DNA of 64,000 nucleotides, taken from positions 41,888 through 105,887 of the forward strand of contig JBFMEB010000002.1 of NCBI GenBank assembly GCA_040753675.1, written 5' to 3'. This stretch comes from Candidatus Omnitrophota bacterium. Lineage in GTDB: Bacteria; Omnitrophota; Gorgyraeia; JAHJTE01. Shown here piece by piece: positions 57,678 through 64,000 of the stretch. Positions within the stretch are counted from its first letter, which is position 1, and the number at the start of each line of letters is the position of its first letter. A model generated the notes under the pieces. It was not told the DNA's origin. It worked only from the letters and a program-made list of their open reading frames with translations, and did not search any database. The position numbers and the translations under genes were made by a program.

Positions 57678-58931
57678 ATGAATATTAAAATTCGTTATCT
57701 ATTGTGGTTTATTGTTGTTTCTCTTTGTTTCTCGGTAATATCCTTAAGCTTAGCGGCAGAAGGTTCTAAATATAGTGTTACTTCAAAGGAAATAATTTTT
57801 TTCCGCAATGAGGGTGCTCATTCTCCTTTTGAGTTTATTGAAGTTTCAATACGAGCTGACGGTTCGGGCGTAACCATATTTGAGCGTTATGGCGAGAAGA
57901 GTGTAGAGACATCCTTTAAGCTGAACCAGTACGAGATGGATGAATTAAAGGCACTTGTTTATGAAGTAAATTTCTTTTCACAATCAGATCAACAAACTAC
58001 TTTTATTGAGGACACCGGTAAGTCAACTCTTCGTATTTCGCTTGAGGACAAACAGAAAGAAATCATGTTTTTTAGCCTGCCAGAAATTCAACCTCTTATT
58101 TCTTCCCTTTGGAAACTGATAAATCAAGGTGTTATTTTATGGGGTCTTAATGAGAAGGATGATGTATATCCTGTTAATGTGGCACTATCAGGACACCTTG
58201 TAGGACAGAAAGTTTTCCAGCCGCAAGTTTTCCGCGATCCTTTGATGAAATTCATAAGTAGATCTAATGATCGCCAAAAGCTTATTTGGAGTTTTGAAGC
58301 GCTCTCATGGGTAATGACGCCAGAAGAATGGACAAGCTTTTTATCTGCAGAATTAGGCAAAGCTAAGGACACACGCAAGAGCTTGCTTCTCGAAGCTCTA
58401 TCTTCTCATCCATTTACAGGAAACATTTTGAAGCCGCACCGTCAAGCATTACTATCTTTACTTCTTAAGAATCTTCAACTTGAATATATAAGATGGCCTC
58501 AATTTTCCAAAGAGAAAAAGGAGTCCTATGAATCTATTATAAGGTTTTTAGGCTACGAGCGCTATGCTCCAGCAACGCCGATCTTAATATCGATGATAGA
58601 AAAGCCATACAGATGGGATATTTCGTGGCTTAGAAACTCTTTATCTCTTATGGGGATGGAAGCGATTAAGCCTTTAGAGCATTTACTTAATGATCCTGAG
58701 TCCGATGTGCGCGCTGTTGCCACAGATATGTTAGGCGAAATATTAAGAGCGAATCCTGATTGGCCTACAAAGGGCTCTGTTTCCGAAGAAGAACAGAAAC
58801 GCATTTTAAATACATTAGAAACATCTATCTTACCCAAACTTAAGAGAATGATTGATAAAGATCCTGATGATTCAGTTCGAAAGGCAGCCCAGCAATCTGT
58901 CCAACAAATAAAGCAGGGTTGGTGTAAGTAA
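57678..58931 (+). CDS. Secreted protein with C-terminal HEAT-like repeats
   Basis: Signal peptide; LLNDPESDVRAVA, DPDDSVRKAA. Confidence 0.7.
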   Translation: MNIKIRYLLWFIVVSLCFSVISLSLAAEGSKYSVTSKEIIFFRNEGAHSPFEFIEVSIRADGSGVTIFERYGEKSVETSFKLNQYEMDELKALVYEVNFFSQSDQQTTFIEDTGKSTLRISLEDKQKEIMFFSLPEIQPLISSLWKLINQGVILWGLNEKDDVYPVNVALSGHLVGQKVFQPQVFRDPLMKFISRSNDRQKLIWSFEALSWVMTPEEWTSFLSAELGKAKDTRKSLLLEALSSHPFTGNILKPHRQALLSLLLKNLQLEYIRWPQFSKEKKESYESIIRFLGYERYAPATPILISMIEKPYRWDISWLRNSLSLMGMEAIKPLEHLLNDPESDVRAVATDMLGEILRANPDWPTKGSVSEEEQKRILNTLETSILPKLKRMIDKDPDDSVRKAAQQSVQQIKQGWCK

Positions 58932-59107
58932 AGATTAAAATGACTTATTTAACTGATAATTACCAAATCTATTATCAGCTTGCCTGATTCTTCTGAGTAG
59001 AGCCAGTTGCGAAACTCGTCCAATACGGGGAGCTAAAAGGGAACGACGACCTCGCGGGGGGAGGCCAGAAGCGAGGACTCGAAAAGAACGAACATGAATT
59101 TTCCCTC

Positions 59108-59136
59108 TTGACAATACAACTATTTAGTTGTATACT
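59108..59136 (+). promoter_or_regulatory. TA promoter with palindromic operator in the spacer
   Basis: TTGACA-17-TATACT; ATACAACTA-TT-TAGTTGTAT (59114-59133). Confidence 0.75.
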
Positions 59137-59161
59137 TTATTTGGATAAAGAGAGGATATAA

Positions 59162-59515
59162 GTGGCTAACTATTCGTGCTTTTACTTTACAACCGAATCA
59201 GGAAAGGCACCAGTTGAGGAATTTATAGATTCATTAGATTATTCAAGTCAGAGGAAGTTCTTTTTTAAGAAAGGGCTATTAGAGGAATTTGGACCAAGAT
59301 TACCCTTTCCACATGCGAAATACATAGGCAGTGAGATTTATGAATTAAGATTTGAAGGCAAAGAAGGGGCTATACGAGTTCTATATTTCTTTTATTACAA
59401 AAACGAGGTCATATTTACGAACGGCTTTATTAAGAAATCGAATAAGACTCCGAAGGGAGAGAAAGAATTAGCTATTGAGAGAAGAAAATTATTCCTAGAA
59501 AGAAGAGGTGGTTAA
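59162..59515 (+). CDS. RelE/HigB (Gp49-like) toxin
   Basis: G..PV.EF, IYELR, RVLYF, F.KK..KTP..E...A. Confidence 0.88.
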   Translation: MANYSCFYFTTESGKAPVEEFIDSLDYSSQRKFFFKKGLLEEFGPRLPFPHAKYIGSEIYELRFEGKEGAIRVLYFFYYKNEVIFTNGFIKKSNKTPKGEKELAIERRKLFLERRGG

Positions 59516-59855
59516 AATGAGACAGGTAAATAAACACTTAGAACAGAAACTGAAAGATCCATACTTCAAAGAGCTTTATGAGCTGGAAGAGCAAAAATTA
59601 AATATTGTCAAACGCATCATTGATTATCGCGTCAAAAACAATCTTACCCAGGGCCAATTAGCTAAAAAGATAGGGATTAGCCAGCAGCACATATCCAAGA
59701 TTGAGAATGGTGAGTTTAGCAATATCGTTACTCTTGAGAAGATTCTCTTAGCTATTGGTTTTAAGGTAAAGATTGAAGTTGCACCTTTGCATAAAAGAAT
59801 CAGAGACCAAATTCTGAAGATGCGGCCATTAAAAATGCATCATCAAATGGCCTGA
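59508..59855 (+). CDS. XRE-HTH antitoxin (HigA-like)
   Basis: LTQGQLAKKIGISQQHISKIENG; toxin-first order. Confidence 0.88.
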   Translation: MVKMRQVNKHLEQKLKDPYFKELYELEEQKLNIVKRIIDYRVKNNLTQGQLAKKIGISQQHISKIENGEFSNIVTLEKILLAIGFKVKIEVAPLHKRIRDQILKMRPLKMHHQMA

Positions 59856-59889
59856 TTTCAATTAAGGAGTTTCTAAACTCAGTTACGAA

Positions 59890-59936
59890 GGGGAGCCAAA
59901 AATAGGCCCGGAGAAATCCGGGCCTTTCTTATTTTT
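59890..59936 (+). repeat. Inverted copy of the 27381-27427 att core plus terminator
   Basis: 45/47 identical to the reverse complement of 27381-27427; the two changes are a compensatory stem pair. Confidence 0.85.
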
Positions 59937-60019
59937 AGGGAGTCTGCGAGTAGCGAAAAATCAGTTAAATATTTTCTTGACTCGATACTTAAAAAGGAAT
60001 ATAAATAAAAAATAGGCAA

Positions 60020-61453
60020 ATGACTTTGGAAGGTGGAAATATTATGTCTCCCAATAGAAAAAATGGCTTGAAACAACTGGATGTGTTCGCACTTTTTCTT
60101 CCGGACATAAAAGAGCTCATTGCAGCGAAGAATTTTACTGACCTTAAAGAATTTATCAAGAAGATAAATTCTATAGATATTGCAGAGGGTTGGTCAAAAC
60201 TTACCCTTCAGGAGAGCCTGCTTTTATTTAAACTTCTTTCTCCTAAGAGAGCAGTAGAGGTATTCGAAGACCTGCGCTTCGAAGACCAATCCCGTCTTTT
60301 AAGCAACCTCAATAGCGAAGAAGCTTCGAGCATATTAAACGAGATGGCTCCTGATGACAGGTCACGGCTATTCAAAGACCTCTCTCCCAAGCTAATGAAA
60401 AAATTCCTTAATCTTCTCAAGAGCGAAGAGATATCCAATGTTAAGGAGCTTCTTACTTACCGCCATGGAACCGCAGGCAGCTTAATGACTACTGATGTAA
60501 TTGAAATTAAAAAGGACATGACTGCCAGAAAAGCCCTTCTCACTCTGCAGGAGCGCCTTACGAGCGGCCATACCAAAGATATATATTCTATATATGTTAC
60601 AGATGACGAGCATGTCCTTATAGGAGCAGTTGGCCTTCAGCTTCTTCTTAAGGCACCTCAGGACATTCTGATAAAGGATATAATGACCGGGATTGACGAT
60701 ATTAAGGTCAATGCCAAGCTTAGCAAAGGAGCAGTGGCAAAACATTTCTCAAAGTATGATTTATTGGATGCGCCGGTTGTTGACGATAATGGTCAACTTC
60801 TGGGAGTTATAACTGTTGACGACGTAGTCGAGCTCATAGAGCGCCAGGCAACAAGCGATATGTATGGGGTAGGCAAAATGAGTTCAGCTGAAGGTGAGAT
60901 TATACGTTACCAGACAGCCACGGTCACAGAACTTGTTAAAAGGCGCGCGGGTTGGCTTATTGCCCTTTTGATATTTGATTTCTTGACAGGCACTGTCTTA
61001 AAAAACTTTGAGGCAACCTTAAGTGCTGTTGTATCGCTGACATTTTTTATACCAATGCTTCTTGATACAGGAGGCAATGCCGGCGCCCAGACTTCAATTA
61101 CCATAATCCGGGGACTTGCTACTGGCGATGTCTCATTTAAAAATGTTTGGAAAGTAATTAGACTTGAAATTTTTGCTGCTTTTCTCATGGCAGCGATAGT
61201 TGGTAGTGTTGCCCTCAGCAGAGCTTTCTTGTTGCAGAAAGATTTCTGGCTTGCCTCGGTAGTAGGAATTACTATGTTCCTGATAGTGCTTGTGGCAATC
61301 TCTACTGGTATTACCTTGCCTCTTCTCTCGAAGCGAGTAGGACTAGATCCAGCAGCACTGGCAGGGCCCATAACCACAAGCATTGTAGATGTAATTGGTC
61401 TCATAGTATATTTTAAAGTAGCTCAGGCCTTTATTCCTGCCTTAAGATTTTAG
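60020..61453 (+). CDS. mgtE: Magnesium transporter
   Basis: MgtE N-domain, CBS pair (AGSLMT, GVITVDD), GGNAGAQ, DPA..AGP.ITS.VD. Confidence 0.95.
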   Translation: MTLEGGNIMSPNRKNGLKQLDVFALFLPDIKELIAAKNFTDLKEFIKKINSIDIAEGWSKLTLQESLLLFKLLSPKRAVEVFEDLRFEDQSRLLSNLNSEEASSILNEMAPDDRSRLFKDLSPKLMKKFLNLLKSEEISNVKELLTYRHGTAGSLMTTDVIEIKKDMTARKALLTLQERLTSGHTKDIYSIYVTDDEHVLIGAVGLQLLLKAPQDILIKDIMTGIDDIKVNAKLSKGAVAKHFSKYDLLDAPVVDDNGQLLGVITVDDVVELIERQATSDMYGVGKMSSAEGEIIRYQTATVTELVKRRAGWLIALLIFDFLTGTVLKNFEATLSAVVSLTFFIPMLLDTGGNAGAQTSITIIRGLATGDVSFKNVWKVIRLEIFAAFLMAAIVGSVALSRAFLLQKDFWLASVVGITMFLIVLVAISTGITLPLLSKRVGLDPAALAGPITTSIVDVIGLIVYFKVAQAFIPALRF

Positions 61454-61523
61454 TTTCAATTCAAGATGGTTTTATAAATCTTTCTCCTTGTAAGCAAAAA
61501 GAAGCTTTGTTAAGATAGTTTTT

Positions 61524-62162
61524 ATGTTCGAAGATAGAGAGGATGCAGGAAGAAATCTTGCCAAGGCATTAGAAAAATACAAAGATAAAGGAGTCATTGT
61601 TCTTGCCATACCCCGGGGCGGAGTTGAAGTCGGATACGAAGTAGCCAGATATCTCAACGCAGATTTTTCAATTATAATTTCCAGAAAACTGCCCTTTCCC
61701 GATAACCCTGAATCCGGTTTTGGAGCAGTTGCCGAGGATGGAAGTTTATTTCTCTTTGCCGGCTTTGAGGCATTGCTCTCGAAAGAGGAAGTTAATCGGA
61801 TAATCAGCGAGCAGAAATCAGAAATTATTAGGCGCATAACAGTTCTGCGCGCTGGAAAGCCGCTGCCCAATATTAGAGAAAAAATCGTAATACTGGTGGA
61901 TGATGGAATTGCTATGGGTTCTACAATGCGCTCAGCAATAACCTTATGTAAAAATAAAAAAGCAAAAAGAATCGTAGTGGCTGTTCCTGTTTCAGGAGAA
62001 GAGGCAGAAAGGGATTTCGCTGCCCTTGTTGATGAGGTGATAATTTTGGAAAAGCCGCATTTTTTTCAGGCAGTAGCTCAGGCGTATAAAAATTGGCATG
62101 ACGTAAGGGATAAAGAAGTTATATCTATATTAGAAAAGTGGGGAAGCAAAAAATATGAATAA
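61524..62162 (+). CDS. Phosphoribosyltransferase-like protein
   Basis: FEDREDAG, LAIPRGG, VILVDDGIAMG. Confidence 0.88.
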   Translation: MFEDREDAGRNLAKALEKYKDKGVIVLAIPRGGVEVGYEVARYLNADFSIIISRKLPFPDNPESGFGAVAEDGSLFLFAGFEALLSKEEVNRIISEQKSEIIRRITVLRAGKPLPNIREKIVILVDDGIAMGSTMRSAITLCKNKKAKRIVVAVPVSGEEAERDFAALVDEVIILEKPHFFQAVAQAYKNWHDVRDKEVISILEKWGSKKYE

Positions 62163-62661
62163 GAAGAGGAGGAATGCTGACATGTTAATTCCGACCATAA
62201 TTATGGGGTTATTGGCAATTATCTTGATTTTTATAGGATATCTTAAAGGCCAGCATATTGAGGGAATAAAATCCGCCTTAAATATGACTATTCAGATTTT
62301 GCCGATATTATTATTTTCATTCATAGTAGCAAGTATGGTTCAGTTGTTGATACCTCGCGAAGTTTTAACTAATTTGGTAGGCAAGGAGTCGGGCCTAAGG
62401 GGAATATTTATTGGCACAATAGCCGGGGCATTTTCTCCGGGCGGGCCTTATATAAGTTTGCCTATTGTTGCGGCGCTACTACGCGCTGGTGCAAGCATAG
62501 GGACTTCAGTAGCATTCCTTACTGGGTGGTCATTATGGGCTGTAAGCCGCCTGCCTATGGAGGTTGGGATATTAGGTTGGAGATTTACGCTTATAAGACT
62601 TATCAGTGTTTTCTTTTTCCCACCAATTGCCGGCCTGATTGCTCAGGCGTTAACGAAATAA
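62155..62661 (+). CDS. Predicted permease (DUF318-like half)
   Basis: TM-rich, PGGPY..LP, FLTGW. Confidence 0.7.
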   Translation: MNKKRRNADMLIPTIIMGLLAIILIFIGYLKGQHIEGIKSALNMTIQILPILLFSFIVASMVQLLIPREVLTNLVGKESGLRGIFIGTIAGAFSPGGPYISLPIVAALLRAGASIGTSVAFLTGWSLWAVSRLPMEVGILGWRFTLIRLISVFFFPPIAGLIAQALTK

Positions 62662-62668
62662 AAGTATA

Positions 62669-63790
62669 ATGGAAAAGATAGAAATTAGTATTGTGGGTGC
62701 TGGGGTTATAGGTCTGGCTATTGGCTTAGAGCTATCTAAGAGCAATAGCAATATTTTTTTGATTGAGAAAAATTTCTCCTTTGGCCAAGAAATAAGTTCA
62801 CGAAATAGCGAGGTAATCCATGCGGGAATTTACTACCCAAAGGATTCTCTAAAGACCAAGACCTGCATAGAAGGCAGGGATTTGCTTTACGAATTTTGTG
62901 CTAAAAATAATATTAATCACAAAAAGATAGGAAAGCTTATCGTGGCTATAAATAATAATGAGATAAGCGACTTAGAAAATCTTTTTAAACATGCAAGCGA
63001 AAATGAAGTTGCCGGCTTAAAATTTCTTTCAAAAAGCGAGGTAAAAAAAATTGAGCCCAACATAGAAGCGCAAGCAGCTATATATTCAGCATCTACAGGC
63101 ATTTTAGATTCCCATAATTTAATGAAAAATATAGCGCTACAATTTGAAAGTGAAGGCGGCACCATTGCCTATAATACAGAGGTAATCGGCGTAGAAAAGG
63201 TTAAAAACGGATTTGAAGTTGCAGTTAGCGATAAGCGGGAAGGTGCTTTTAAATTCTTTAGCCATATTTTAATCAATGCCGCAGGTTTAAATTCAGACAA
63301 GATATCGAGTATGGCTGGCTTTGCAAAGGACGAATACAGATTAAAATACTGTAAAGGCGATTATTTTCGGGTTAATAAAGATAAGGCAAGATTCATCAAT
63401 AGGCTCGTGTATCCTGTTCCTAAAAAAGACAGAGCTGGATTAGGAATACATGCGACTTTAGACTTGGCAGGAGGTTTGCGTTTAGGCCCGGATGATGAAT
63501 ATGTGAGAGAGATAGATTATAATGTCGATTCTTCTAAAAGAGAAATTTTTTACGAAAGTGTAAAGACATTTTTACCTTTTATTGATTTAGAAGATTTAAG
63601 CCCGGATATAGCCGGTATCAGGCCAAAACTCCAAGGGCCAGGAGAGGATTTTAGAGATTTTATTATTAAGGAGGAAAGCAATAACGACCTGCCCGGCCTT
63701 ATAAACCTTATCGGCATCGAATCCCCTGGTTTAACCAGCTCATTTTCTGTTGCAAAAATAGTTAGAGACATGGTTTTGAATTTGAGATAG
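62669..63790 (+). CDS. FAD-dependent oxidoreductase, L-2-hydroxyglutarate oxidase-like
   Basis: GAGVIG, SSRNSEVIHAGIYY, LVYPVP, GIESPGLT. Confidence 0.88.
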   Translation: MEKIEISIVGAGVIGLAIGLELSKSNSNIFLIEKNFSFGQEISSRNSEVIHAGIYYPKDSLKTKTCIEGRDLLYEFCAKNNINHKKIGKLIVAINNNEISDLENLFKHASENEVAGLKFLSKSEVKKIEPNIEAQAAIYSASTGILDSHNLMKNIALQFESEGGTIAYNTEVIGVEKVKNGFEVAVSDKREGAFKFFSHILINAAGLNSDKISSMAGFAKDEYRLKYCKGDYFRVNKDKARFINRLVYPVPKKDRAGLGIHATLDLAGGLRLGPDDEYVREIDYNVDSSKREIFYESVKTFLPFIDLEDLSPDIAGIRPKLQGPGEDFRDFIIKEESNNDLPGLINLIGIESPGLTSSFSVAKIVRDMVLNLR

Positions 63791-63811
63791 AATTAATACA
63801 AGGAGGTAGTT

Positions 63812-64000
63812 ATGGCTAAAAAAATAATTTCATTTATATTTTGTGCGTTACTATTAGTCAACATGTGTGGTTGTGTAGCTCTTTTAGCCGGAGCAGCAGG
63901 AGGCGCAGGCACGGCAACATGGCTTTCTGGAAAATTAAGCCAAGAAGTAAATGCCTCATTTGAAAAGAGCCTGAAGGCTAGCCGGACCGCTTTAAAGTCG
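63812..64000 (+). CDS. Lipoprotein (DUF3568-like), 3'-truncated by the window edge
   Basis: AGGAGG RBS; MAKKII...MCGCVALLAGAAGGAGT. Confidence 0.6.
   Translation, partial: MAKKIISFIFCALLLVNMCGCVALLAGAAGGAGTATWLSGKLSQEVNASFEKSLKASRTALKS

Overview
Bacterial chromosome window (gene content suggests a PVC-type lineage such as Omnitrophota; inference only). 1-26.3 kb is mostly housekeeping: nitrogen assimilation (amtB-glnK-glnA-GATase-small Fis-type HTH-gltBD), pyrG-carAB, an S1 protease, dnaX-recR, and an AmmeMemoRadiSam set with apparent export signals. About 27.4-57.2 kb is a ~29.75 kb integrated element anchored in the 3' end of a tRNA-Asn(GUU) gene that is itself split at position 35/36 by a 275-nt group I intron. 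The element carries a large serine recombinase whose crossover core (TGGCTCCCC, codons W-L-P) lies inside its own ORF; excision is predicted to fuse the recombinase in frame to an HTH-bearing 138-codon ORF at the far end. It also has a LexA / two Com-like zinc ribbons / sigma-like regulatory module with a thrice-repeated TGTCACAA-N12-TTGACATA motif, a lambda-O-like rep gene with internal iterons and a DnaA box, a highly structured non-coding region ahead of a string of small genes, and cargo (full pho/pst cluster, CsoR-linked mer-like cluster). No capsid, terminase, relaxase or T4SS genes were recognised. Further att-like relics with recombinase C-terminal tails flank toxin-antitoxin and other small cassettes on both sides. 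60-64 kb returns to ordinary genes (mgtE, PRTase, permease, FAD oxidoreductase). All protein calls are from motif recognition by eye, not database searches.
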